A stretch of 63,683 nt of DNA, filler included, from Barthelona sp. PAP020 (taxonomy: Eukaryota), in NCBI GenBank assembly GCA_040182905.1. It is 12 parts of 12 records of this genome, joined end to end, with 100 filler letters (N's around TTAATTAATTAA, not from the genome) between each part and the next. Parts side by side here need not be neighbours in the genome. Positions count along the whole stretch, not along the records: positions 10,802 to 16,072 come from JARQWU010000617.1; positions 16,173 to 21,441 come from JARQWU010000618.1; positions 21,542 to 26,808 come from JARQWU010000619.1; 9 more parts are not named here. One strand, given 5' to 3'. Both the position numbers and the translations under genes were made by a program. Each line of letters opens with the position of its first letter. The first letter of the stretch is position 1. Shown here in pieces: positions 12,266 to 22,546 of the stretch. The notes under the pieces were generated by a model. It saw nothing but the letters and a program-made list of their open reading frames with translations. It searched no databases and was not told the origin of the DNA.

Positions 12266-12542
12266 TCGGGGGGTCCAGCGTTCCTGAAAGGAACCTCTCT
12301 TTTTTGAGACCTACTCTTTCATAGGCTTTTGTAGGAGAGCTACGCCATATGTGGGGTGTGAAATACTGCATTACTAATTGCTCAAAAGAGCTTAACGCTC
12401 CGATATTTTTTAAAATTTATCCTAATTGTGCAAGTTTTCATGCATTCATCGTGGCAGGTCAAAAATTTGGGGTAGGTTACGTACCTCGAGGGAAAAAGGA
12501 AGAATCCATTCGCCAGAAATAATTGGCTTGTGAACAACCCTC
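12266..12542. other. GC-enriched non-coding island with hairpins (candidate ncRNA or transposon remnant)
   Basis: No ORF; hairpins at 12280-12294, 12380-12391 and 12469-12487; flanked by T-runs. Confidence 0.35.
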
Positions 12543-12644
12543 AATTTTTTTTTTTTGAAAATTATCCAAAAATTTAAAAAATAAAAATATTTCCTCCTTT
12601 TATTGAAAACATTCACTTTCAAAGTGAATAAAAACTAAATTAAA

Positions 12645-14117
12645 TCAAGCATTGGAACGTTTAAGATCTTCATCATCACTGTCAGCAACTCTTTCACGTT
12701 TAGATTTCTTTTCCTTCTTCTCTTTCTTTTCTTTCTTTTCTTTTTTATCAGAATCTTTAGATTTCTTTTCTTTCTTTTCTTTTTTCTCCTTCTTTTCTTT
12801 TTTGTCCTTTGATTTCTTTTCTTTCTTCTCTTCAACAACTTCATCATCAGATTCAATTGTTTTTTCTTCTTTATCCTTTTCAACTTCTTCTTTCAAGCCA
12901 GGAGCTTTCTTTGTCATTTCAACAATAGGGTCAACTTCAGAATTGGAACCTTCTAATTTAACTCCCAAACAATACTTGTATGAATCTAACCAATCTTGGG
13001 GTGTGTTTTCATTAACTTTACCAAATTTATCCAATTTTCCTTCTTTGATAAGTTCTTTCTTCTTCATTGCTCTTGGTGATAATCCCCAACGTCTAGGATA
13101 GGTGTTTCTGTCCATAATAACACGTTTTGTTTTGGCAACAACACCATGTTGAATAATAGCCATGTTTGTAGTATTAACTTGAGCAATAGCCATACAAACA
13201 GCTTCTCCTTTTGTAGAAATAACAATAATTTCATCACCAATTCCAATGTTGTCGTCGAACTTTAACACACCTTGAATCATCAAAGGTGCACCGTAACACA
13301 AAGCATTGATAGCGGAATCTTTAACAATAATTCTCTTATAACTTGTTAAAACAGTTTCCAAAGGTTGAACAACTTTTCTTAACTCTGTTTCATCCCTGGT
13401 GTGGTCGTAATGATATTGAGCATCTAAAACATCATGTAATGTAAAAGAATCGGTGTCAGTTAATAAACCAGATCTGACACGTCTTAATTCTTCCATATCA
13501 GCACCACATTTTAATAAATAACCAATATGTTGACATAAGGTTCTCATGTAGGTACCTGCTTGACAAGAAGTCTTGAACAATAATTGATTTCTTTCCTTAT
13601 TATATTCAATATATTGGTTGTCATAAATAGTTCTCAAACGGGTTTCTCTCTTAATAGCAGATTCCAAAGGTGGATATTGCAAACAAGGACCAACTAATCT
13701 TTGCAAAACATCTTTAATTGTTTGATCATTTTCAATAGCTCCTCTTAATCTGGCCAAACATACGTATTCCTTACCAGCAGCCTGTTGTGATTTGACTAAT
13801 CTGGTTGCTCTGTTCAAAAAGACAATCAAACATCCAGTAACTTGAGGATCTAATGTACCAGAATGTCCAGTCTTTTCAACTCTTAAAATCTTCTTAATCC
13901 AGGCAACAACTTCATGGGAGGAAGGTCTGGAAGGTTTGTCAAGATTAATTAAACCGTACTTAAGGTATTCTTCTAAATTTCTATCAAAAGGAGAGTTACC
14001 AGCAGCAATAGGAGTGTATGAAGTTGCTCTGGAATTCATCTTGTCAAAATCTTTTAAAAGTAATGGCAATTGAGATGCATTTAATTTGCTTTCACTTTGA
14101 GTTGGAATGAAGCTCAT
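12645..14117 (-). CDS. CBF5: H/ACA snoRNP pseudouridine synthase Cbf5/dyskerin
   Basis: INLDKPSRPSSHEVVAWIK, GHSGTLDP, GTYMRTLC, PUA domain, KKE-rich tail. Confidence 0.97.
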   Translation of the reverse strand: MSFIPTQSESKLNASQLPLLLKDFDKMNSRATSYTPIAAGNSPFDRNLEEYLKYGLINLDKPSRPSSHEVVAWIKKILRVEKTGHSGTLDPQVTGCLIVFLNRATRLVKSQQAAGKEYVCLARLRGAIENDQTIKDVLQRLVGPCLQYPPLESAIKRETRLRTIYDNQYIEYNKERNQLLFKTSCQAGTYMRTLCQHIGYLLKCGADMEELRRVRSGLLTDTDSFTLHDVLDAQYHYDHTRDETELRKVVQPLETVLTSYKRIIVKDSAINALCYGAPLMIQGVLKFDDNIGIGDEIIVISTKGEAVCMAIAQVNTTNMAIIQHGVVAKTKRVIMDRNTYPRRWGLSPRAMKKKELIKEGKLDKFGKVNENTPQDWLDSYKYCLGVKLEGSNSEVDPIVEMTKKAPGLKEEVEKDKEEKTIESDDEVVEEKKEKKSKDKKEKKEKKEKKEKKSKDSDKKEKKEKKEKKEKKSKRERVADSDDEDLKRSNA

Positions 14118-14442
14118 CTGTTTCTAAAAAAAAGCAAAAAAAAAAAATTTTCAAACAAACTTTTCTTTTTCATTTTTTACCTCATTTGTTTTTATTTCTG
14201 GATATGAAATGCAAAAGAACACATAATATAAAGCGAAAATATCAATTTTTTTAAAGAAATCTTTTCAAATATTAAAAAAAAAATGTTAAGTTTTGAAATA
14301 GTGAGGAAAAAGTGTGTAAGAGGAACAGTTGTTTCACAACATAATTGATAAACTCACATGATTCACTTTCTTTTTATTTTGCCTTTGCATCATTTTGAAG
14401 AACAAAATGTGATGGAAAACCACTTATTTATTTTTTATTTTT

Positions 14443-15343
14443 ATGCCACCTCGAAGAAGAAATACAAATTCTTACATCAAAGCATGCTCAGCAAATAGTT
14501 TTAACACCGATAGTTAAATAATTTCATTGAAAAATGCTAACAAAATTAGAACGTTCACGTATTTTAGTTGATTCCCGTTCCACGTCCTTTAAAACACCGA
14601 AAATTACCTAAAGTTTTGATTCAAATGGGTTGAAAAAGAAATCTATCAGTATTGAAAAGAGTTTAAAAGTTATTAATCCAATTAACTTCAAGAATAAAAA
14701 TGAAGATGTCAATTGTCATGTGGAAACGAATGTTCCCACATTTTCTGAAGCCTTAGCTTTATCCAAAAGTTCCGGAAAAAAAAAAGTTTTTCAAAAAACT
14801 GATATCTTTCATTCTTTAACTGAAAATGAATACATAAAAAATCAACCAAAAGTTGAAAATAAAGTAATTGTAATACGCTCTTCAAAATTTGAAGCAAGAG
14901 AGCTTGAAAAAAAAGAAGAAGAATCAGAAGTGAAAGCAGAAGTTGTTTCTGTTCCAAAAAGAATTATTCCCAAAAAGAAATTCGTTTCTAAGGAGATGTT
15001 TTTTCAAAAGAATAAAGAGATAAATATGGAAAAAGGAGATGAAACCCAATCCTCACATGAGAATGAAATTCAAGTCAAAGTTAATTCTTTTGATACTGAT
15101 GACATATTTACCAAGTCTGAAGGTGAATCTTTGACTTTTGCACATTCTATTGTTGATTCAAAATTCGGAGCGGCTAATTATGAAATCAGTGATGATTTTG
15201 AGGATTTAATTTCATCTTTCAATTTTAGTTCAGGAGATCCTTTTCCTCAAAACCAGGACACAAATGTTAGTGATTACGGTTTGGCCTTTGACGACGAGAT
15301 TTACATGAACCCATTTTTCAATGTTGAAAAAGAAAAAAAATAG
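14443..15343 (+). CDS. Unknown protein with a 5' intron and an in-frame TAA at 14609-14611 (possible pseudogene)
   Basis: MPPRRRNTNSYIKACSANSFNTD|intron|KRSRILVDSRSTSFKTPKIT*SFDSNGLKKKSISIEK, continuous with ORF 14630-15343. Confidence 0.5.
14513..14549 (+). other. 37-nt spliceosomal intron (alternative donor at 14498, same phase)
   Basis: GTTAAA...GCTAAC-AAAAT-TAG; removal takes out a stop and restores the frame. Confidence 0.6.
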
Positions 15344-15604
15344 CCATTTTTCAAACCGAAAAAGAATAAGAAAATGTGCCATTTCAGAATAATCGTTTCC
15401 TTCTATTAAGGATTGGAGCAGAAAGGTTCTCAAATGTTGACTGAAAGAGTCACATAAAGTGACTTTGAATAAAAAGCCAAATGAAAGAAGTTAGTTTTGA
15501 GGGATCTCAAACCGAGATAAACATTTTAATCTTTTATTATTCATTGTGCAAAAAGAGAATTGAATGATATGTTCTGTTTGACTTTCATTTGAAAAGTACT
15601 TCTC

Positions 15605-15667
15605 AAACCAAATGAACATTATTCTTTTTTTGTTCACTCATACAAACAGCGGCTTTTGGCTTGGAAA
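15605..15667 (-). repeat. Repeat family, 5' head only
   Basis: Reverse complement TTTCCAAGCCAAAAGCCGCTGTTTGTATGAGTGAAC...GTTCATTTGGTT. Confidence 0.75.
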
Positions 15668-15979
15668 TCATTTGTAGTTTTCTATTTTTCAAGGTTACTT
15701 TTTTTTTGGGAAAATTCATCCATCTTCTCAAAAGTTTTTTACTGTTTGGACCTTGTTTTTTTGCCATTCTAATATATCAATGATGTTCTGGAATAATTTG
15801 TCTCAATAGGTCCCATCATTTTTTCAATAATTTAAAGATTTGCTTTTTATTACACCAGATAATGAAATTATGTTTTTATTTGTTTGCCCAAAAAGAAAGG
15901 CAAAAAAGAATTATTAAAAATAAAATAAATAAAATAAAATAAACTATATATATGAATGCATAAATACATAAATAATTTA

Positions 15980-16072
15980 TTTCCAAGCCAAGAAGCACTG
16001 TGCGTATGAGTGAATAAGAAAGAATAGTGTTTATTTGGTTAAAGGCTTTCGAGGCCCGATTGATCTGTTGAA
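15980..16072 (+). repeat. Repeat family, 5' part cut by contig end
   Basis: Near-identical to 24123-24212. Confidence 0.9.
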
Positions 16073-16172
16073 NNNNNNNNNNNNNNNNNNNNNNNNNNNN
16101 NNNNNNNNNNNNNNNNTTAATTAATTAANNNNNNNNNNNNNNNNNNNNNNNNNNNNNNNNNNNNNNNNNNNN

Positions 16173-16368
16173 ATGCAAAAGCTAATGTCTTACCAGATCC
16201 GGTGGGTGCACATAATATAATATCATGATAAAATTCATTGGAATGATTGTGTTGTTTAATGTTAAACTTTAAAATTGTTTCTAATAATGTCTCTTGAATA
16301 TCATAAAGGGAATCAATGTTAAATCTATCTTTTAAATTACTCAAAATTAATGGATTTAAATCAATCAT
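16173..16368 (-). CDS. DEAD-box helicase N-terminus, Dbp6/DDX51-like (partial)
   Basis: Q motif (IDSLYDIQ) and DIILCAPTGSGKTLAF Walker A. Confidence 0.75.
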
Positions 16369-16510
16369 CTTGCAGAATAAAAAATCAATTTGATTCAAAA
16401 TCAAAACAACATTTTAACAAAGAATAATTTACTTGGAACAATAAAGAATAACATCGAAATAAATGTTAAACAATCAAAAAACAAAAGCAAAAATAAAAAA
16501 CTAAATTTTT

Positions 16511-19500
16511 TTACAAAGGTGATGCCTTACCGATCCATTTTGCGCCTGAACTTTTACCATTTAATTTAAATAAATTATTCTGTGGGGGAATAATAAAATC
16601 ATGTGATTTGTTTTGAGATAGTGTGTTTGTTTGGTCATATTTCAAAGGGGTTGATACAAAATCATAAAACTCCAATTTATCACCACTTGAATTGTAAGAA
16701 CTATAAGAACCAGGAGTTGTTAGTGCCCGATTAGTGGCCTGACGTGGAGAAGTTGAACTCTTAAAGCTTGTTGTTTTGGGAGATACAGATGAAACAAGGT
16801 TTCGATTATTCAGGGTAGTAGACTGCAAATTTAACATTGCTTCTTTTCGCACATCTCTAAATGGACTCATCAGACTCAATAAATCACGTTGAGACTTCGC
16901 TTTTGAAGTTTTTGTAGTTGATGAAGGCTTTGGCAAAGAAAAGGTATCTCTGTTTTTATTAAACCTGCCCATTGGATCTGGAGATTGCCTTATTTGCGCC
17001 AATGCTCTGCAAGTAGGACATTTTGGATCAGTGCATACATGTCTGTCATGAGAAGTTGGAGCTTTTGGATATGCAAGTGTTCTTTGCATTGGTTCATTTT
17101 CAAGATAATATTGTCCATGAACATAAGCTGGAGTAACAGGTTGATACAGTAAGTCAACAGCTGCAAGAACACGTTCAAGATTTCTTTGTCTTTCTCTTTC
17201 AATTTGTTTTAATCTAACTGCCATCTTAGCTTCTCTTTCTTTAGCTCTCATTTCCAAGCGCTCAAAAACTTTAACTTTAGCTTGAAGGTCTCGTTGATGA
17301 CTAGTTTTCACATTAAATGTTGAATCCAAGGCTAATTTAGCTGCATGCTTTTTAGCTCTAATGTTTTGAAGATCAGTTTTCTGTTTATGATATTCGGAAA
17401 TTGCTTCATGTTGGTTGACAGCAATATCTGCAAGTCTGGTTGCATGTTCAAGCATATTTTGAGCATTTCGCACTTGCTCAAGACTTTTCTTTGGGGGTAA
17501 TGTCATTTCCGGTTCATTAGTATTATCAAAAGAATCAGGATCTTCAACAGATCCAAATGAATCATGATTACCATGAGAACCAAGTTCAAAACTATCGAAA
17601 TGTGGGTTAAGTTTATCTTCAAAATCATCCGTCAAATCGATATGTTTCTCTGTCACAACAAAGTCAGGTTCAGGTTCATTAGAAGCACGGGAAAATGATA
17701 ATCTGCTCCTTGGACGTTCATCAAGTGAAGAACTGGGCCTATCTGAATAGTTTTCTGTATTACGGATTGTTCGAGTTAATTCTTGCATCTCAATATCATA
17801 CTTTTGTCTGAGCTTCTTCAACTCCACATCCTTCGTTTTGCGAAGATTTTCAACATCCTCAAGCAATTGTTTCCTTTCTTTTGACATGTCATCTACTTGA
17901 CTTTCAAGATCTGTTATTGAAGTTCTGGCTGTATTTAATTCTTTCGCTAACTTTTCATTTACAAAGGATAATTCACGGACAGAATTTGTCAACTCATCCT
18001 TTTCATCCCTTAAATTAATAATTTGCTCAGAATGTAATCTGGCTTGCTCTTGAATAATCTCCAATTGTTTGGTCAAGCTATCATTGCCATCAGAAAAGAC
18101 AGAACCTGTATCTGAAACAACACTGTCATTTCCAACTCTATTTTGATCTGGAGAAGTATCCTCCTCATCAAGAGAAACATATTCAGGTGCAATTGGTGCA
18201 GTGATTTCATTTGCCACATCTTCAATATTATCTTCCGTTGCAACAGGTACATTTTCTTGTGTATTAACTGCTTGTTCATCTTCTGTTTCCATAAAATTAT
18301 GTACAGCTTCAATATCGATAGCATTAATTTCTACTTCAATTGGTGTTTTTCTGTCCTTTACTGGATTTGGATTCCTCTCCGCTTCATTCAGTGGTACACT
18401 GACACGAGAGAATATTTCTTTCTGTGTTATGTCAATTTCACCGGCAGGAACTTGAACCCCAACTGTACGCCCAACAAATTCATGTATCATTTGATTATTT
18501 CGACTCTTATGTGTGTCATAAGTTCGTGTTTGAGAACGAGAAGCAGTACGAGATTTAGCAGTGGTTGAACCTTTGTTGGGTTTTGATCCACCTTTCTTAT
18601 AATTTGGACTATTTGAAGTGGAGTTTAATGGAGAAGAAGAGATTGAAACTGTTGAGGAATTAGTATTTGAGCTCGAATTTGTTCCGTCCATATTCTTTTC
18701 ATTTTTAGACCTCTTGCCAGTATCAGTATCCTTCTCAAAGTTTGAATTTGGTGAAGCATTCTTTTTTGAAGTAGAACTTGTCTTTGAAGTCTTCGAAACC
18801 TTCGAATCTTTCACATTTTTCCCAGTATTACTGGTCCTTGAATGTGTACGTCTGTGCCTTTTATTAGAGTTGGAGTGTAGCTTGGAATCTGGTGTTGCAA
18901 TCGGATCATTTTCATCATCCTCAATAGTTTCAAGATTTGAATGAGAAACACTTCGAGAATGAGATTTTCGAGACGACATTCTAGATTTGACATCAAGGCC
19001 GGTTCTTTGACTGACATGTTCCATATCATGATCACCCATTGCATTCTGTTGAATGCTAATAATATCTTCTAATTGATCCAAGACAGTATATCTATCCTCA
19101 AATTCAATATCAATAATACCAACATCCATTTGTTTTTGCAACTGTTTAATCTGATGTTTTAATTTCTCGTTTTCCTCTTCAACCTTCATTTTCTCCAATG
19201 AGATCTTCTTATTTTCAAGTTTATAGTTCTGAATTATTCTTGCAACCTCCAAATCTCTAGCATTTTCTTTTTCTTTCGCATCTTGGTCTTCAACAGATTG
19301 CTGCTCCTTATTTTCATTGTCAACATTATCGTCCAAATGATCTTTAGAATTCATCTCTTCACGAAGAGTGTTTTCCAGGCTATCAAAATCTTCTTTCAAA
19401 TCTTGATAGTTCTTTTCCAAATTGAAGATATATTCAACCTTTTCTTTTATCTCCTTATTCTTCTTAGTCAATTCTTTTTTAAGAGACGCAATAGAACTGC

Positions 19501-20578
19501 GAGAATCAAACAGGGATTGATTAACATCCATGTCAGCATAATCTACATCATCGAAATCTTTCTGTAAACGTTTCAAATGACCATTTAAACGGATAATTTC
19601 TTGTCGAGAATCATTCAACTCATTTTCTAATGAGTCATTTTCATCTTGGGTGGTTTGAATATCCATATTCAATCGATTGATCGTGGTATTTAAAGAGGAA
19701 ACTTCTTCTTCATGTAAATCCTTGTGTCTGGTCAAGTCATTTTGGGCTATATCCAATTTTTTTCTTAATTGTGTAATTTCAGCCATATTTTTCTCTCCAT
19801 TTTGTTTCAATTTTTCTTTAAGCAAGTTATTTTCTTCTTGAAGGTCAAGAACTTCATCTTCCTTTTCATTTAATACTAATTGCATGTTCGAAACCTTTCC
19901 CTGATTTTCAGCTGCATTTTTAGCATCTGATTGTGATGATTTTTGCAAACTATTCAATTTCATATCCAATTCTTCATTCTTTTTCGTCAATACTGCTAAG
20001 CTATGATTAATCTTCTTAATACTCTCATCCTTTTGTTCAAGTTCAACGATGTTATCTTCACATTTTTTCTGATATTCAATAAGTTGTTCTTGTAACAATG
20101 TCAATTCACGTTCAGCATCCTCTTTTTGTTGTTCTAACTTATTTTGTAATAGAGTCTGTACATTCTTATGTTTATCATTCAATTTACCTGCTTGATCCTT
20201 CAAAGCTTTATTTAATTTCTTTTGAACTTCTTTCTTAATTAATTCTTTTCTTTGTTGTTTGGCTGTTTCACTAGTTCCATCCCAATCAATATTCGAACCA
20301 AAATCAGGTAAAATATCAGGTTGATATCCTTCACCTAATCTCATACGTTGATATAATTGTTCCTTCAAAATCATTAATTGTTTGTAATATTCAGTTCTCT
20401 GTTCTTTCATAATATTAGTTCGACGGTCCAATTGATCTTTTAAAAACTCCATTTGCGATTCATTCTGTCTTAATTGTTGTTTAGTTGAGGTTAATTCATT
20501 TTGTATTTTTTTAATGTATTCTTTTTGATCTTTCAAACGTTGTGTTGAAATTTCATCCAATAAGAGTTCATTAACCAT
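16511..20578 (-). CDS. 1355-aa coiled-coil protein with Ser/Thr-rich disordered regions
   Basis: Uninterrupted ORF; long heptad segments; small HxCxxxxCxxC motif near the C-terminus. Confidence 0.85.
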   Translation of the reverse strand: MVNELLLDEISTQRLKDQKEYIKKIQNELTSTKQQLRQNESQMEFLKDQLDRRTNIMKEQRTEYYKQLMILKEQLYQRMRLGEGYQPDILPDFGSNIDWDGTSETAKQQRKELIKKEVQKKLNKALKDQAGKLNDKHKNVQTLLQNKLEQQKEDAERELTLLQEQLIEYQKKCEDNIVELEQKDESIKKINHSLAVLTKKNEELDMKLNSLQKSSQSDAKNAAENQGKVSNMQLVLNEKEDEVLDLQEENNLLKEKLKQNGEKNMAEITQLRKKLDIAQNDLTRHKDLHEEEVSSLNTTINRLNMDIQTTQDENDSLENELNDSRQEIIRLNGHLKRLQKDFDDVDYADMDVNQSLFDSRSSIASLKKELTKKNKEIKEKVEYIFNLEKNYQDLKEDFDSLENTLREEMNSKDHLDDNVDNENKEQQSVEDQDAKEKENARDLEVARIIQNYKLENKKISLEKMKVEEENEKLKHQIKQLQKQMDVGIIDIEFEDRYTVLDQLEDIISIQQNAMGDHDMEHVSQRTGLDVKSRMSSRKSHSRSVSHSNLETIEDDENDPIATPDSKLHSNSNKRHRRTHSRTSNTGKNVKDSKVSKTSKTSSTSKKNASPNSNFEKDTDTGKRSKNEKNMDGTNSSSNTNSSTVSISSSPLNSTSNSPNYKKGGSKPNKGSTTAKSRTASRSQTRTYDTHKSRNNQMIHEFVGRTVGVQVPAGEIDITQKEIFSRVSVPLNEAERNPNPVKDRKTPIEVEINAIDIEAVHNFMETEDEQAVNTQENVPVATEDNIEDVANEITAPIAPEYVSLDEEDTSPDQNRVGNDSVVSDTGSVFSDGNDSLTKQLEIIQEQARLHSEQIINLRDEKDELTNSVRELSFVNEKLAKELNTARTSITDLESQVDDMSKERKQLLEDVENLRKTKDVELKKLRQKYDIEMQELTRTIRNTENYSDRPSSSLDERPRSRLSFSRASNEPEPDFVVTEKHIDLTDDFEDKLNPHFDSFELGSHGNHDSFGSVEDPDSFDNTNEPEMTLPPKKSLEQVRNAQNMLEHATRLADIAVNQHEAISEYHKQKTDLQNIRAKKHAAKLALDSTFNVKTSHQRDLQAKVKVFERLEMRAKEREAKMAVRLKQIERERQRNLERVLAAVDLLYQPVTPAYVHGQYYLENEPMQRTLAYPKAPTSHDRHVCTDPKCPTCRALAQIRQSPDPMGRFNKNRDTFSLPKPSSTTKTSKAKSQRDLLSLMSPFRDVRKEAMLNLQSTTLNNRNLVSSVSPKTTSFKSSTSPRQATNRALTTPGSYSSYNSSGDKLEFYDFVSTPLKYDQTNTLSQNKSHDFIIPPQNNLFKLNGKSSGAKWIGKASPL

Positions 20579-20898
20579 AAGTAAATCTTAAGGGATAATT
20601 CAATTTTGGGTTTTAAAATTAAAATTGATATTTGTAATCGATGCAGAAGTTTTTTTTTTTTTGAAACAACTACCCTTTTTATTTTTCCTCAAAAAAAGCT
20701 ACATTCGGAAAGCAAAATTATAAAAACTTATTTTTTATCACAATTTATTTGAAAAAATTATTCACGTTCAATCCTTTTTACAGTATGAATTATTTTTTAC
20801 TATTTTTTTCCAAATCAAAAGTATAAAAACAGGATGATAGAATTGCTAAGCATAACTCTATTTTTGAAAGAAAAAATTATCCATTTTTTTATTTTAAA

Positions 20899-21441
20899 AT
20901 GAACAATTCTAATCGTGTTAATGGTTCTTACGTTCCAACAACTTATGGACCTAACATTACAAGAGTTGATTCTGATTCTGATGATGATGTTCCAATTCAT
21001 AGTACGGTTTATGTTCCCACTTTTACTTCAGAAAGAGGACTCACTGGTGTTGTTGGTCTCATTAATCAAGGTGCCACTTGCTATTTGAATGCACTAATTC
21101 AATCTTTGTATTTTACTCCTGAATTTCGTGAATTGGTTTTCAAAACACCTGCTCCTTCAGTTGATCATAATTCTACATCCAATGAAGATACTGATAGTGA
21201 TAGTGATGATGAGAATGATAATACAACTGAAAATTCTGACGATAATGAAACAAAGAAAAAAACCCAACGTTCAAAGGATATTGTATATTGGTTACAACAT
21301 TTATTTGCCACTATGCAATACAGTGATTGTGGTGTTACTGAGACTGCTAAGCTTACAAAAAGTTTTGGATGGTCTGGATCTCAAGTATTTGAACAATGTG
21401 ATGTTCAAGAGTTGAATCGTGTGTTATGTGATAATTTAGAA
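20899..21441 (+). CDS. Ubiquitin-specific protease (USP47/USP40/USP7-like), 3'-truncated
   Basis: Cys box GLINQGATCYLNALIQSLYFTPEFR and LTKSFGW...DVQELNRVLCD. Confidence 0.9.
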
Positions 21442-21541
21442 NNNNNNNNNNNNNNNNNNNNNNNNNNNNNNNNNNNNNNNNNNNNTTAATTAATTAANNN
21501 NNNNNNNNNNNNNNNNNNNNNNNNNNNNNNNNNNNNNNNNN

Positions 21542-21730
21542 ATTGGTGAAAAAGACGTTAAGAATGCGTTGGAAAAAATATTTTGGGTGGAAATGGCATA
21601 CTTTGCATTGATTTGCAAACCTTTAGAACATCATGTGTTGGGTTTGGAAAGGAATGGTCCGAAATTGTTCACGTATTCCGCTATCCACAAATTCAACATG
21701 AATGTGTTGCATTCTTCAAAGGATGAATAA
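21542..21730 (+). CDS. 3' end of an unknown gene (frame uncertain)
   Basis: Frame IGEKDVKNALEK... is open to TAA; a second frame (NILGGNGILCIDL...FKG*) is also open over most of the interval. Confidence 0.35.
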   Translation: MGEKDVKNALEKIFWVEMAYFALICKPLEHHVLGLERNGPKLFTYSAIHKFNMNVLHSSKDE

Positions 21731-22546
21731 ATTTTAAACTTTTTTCTTTCCAATTTTAAAAAAAATAGAAAAATTAGCAATTTACAAATGTGGGTGTTTC
21801 AACAAGAGAAACAATCTCATAATAAAATCCTCCAAAGAATATCACCATCTCAGGCTAACTATTCTTCATCACAGAACAAATCATTCCCCCAATTCAAACT
21901 GAATTAGAACAAAAAATGTGTTTTTTCTAATCCTTCTTTTCAGAACTACAATTTTGAGTATTCGGTTGATTACTCTTTGTTGTAGGTTTAGTATTCCTTA
22001 CTTGATATTGTGGTGCTGGATAGAACATAAATGGACCTCATCCCATCTTGAATATTTCTTTTTGAAAAAAAAAACAAAAGTAATGAATTCAGGAAAAATC
22101 TTTATTCTTGAAAAAAATAATGAGGATTCAGAAAAATAATCAACTTCAACAAAAAAAGAAAGGGATTTTTTTCCTTTCAACTAGGTGTCAGCTTTTCATA
22201 TAGTTTGTGAAATCCTTTTTCAAACTGTCAATTGATAATTTTCCACAAAAAAAAAAAATTATAACAGCAAACGAAATATGTAGAACATTCAGAAATTGGA
22301 ATTAGTTTTGTATTTCTGTTAAAAGAAGCATATTGAAGCTTTTTGAATAAATAATAAAAAAATGAAATTTGCACAAAACAGAATAAGACAAAGAAATGAT
22401 ATGAAATCAGCTCTGACAAGCAAAAGACAAATTTTTTTTTTTCACAAACCATAAAATCATAATTTCAAGACAAATTGAAGTTTATTGTGTAACCACTCCA
22501 GTTTAAAGAATGTGAACTAAAAAAAAACTATTTTTTTGTTTTCATC

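Noticed and set aside
12635..13246. Short ORFs overlapping CBF5, and similar overlapping or antisense ORFs across the track
   Set aside because: Shadows of real genes, favoured by low-complexity KKE or Ser-rich codons.
15670..15850. Minus-strand frame interrupted only by TAA/TAG
   Set aside because: Stop density is as expected for AT-rich DNA, another frame reads equally well, and no homology is recognisable.
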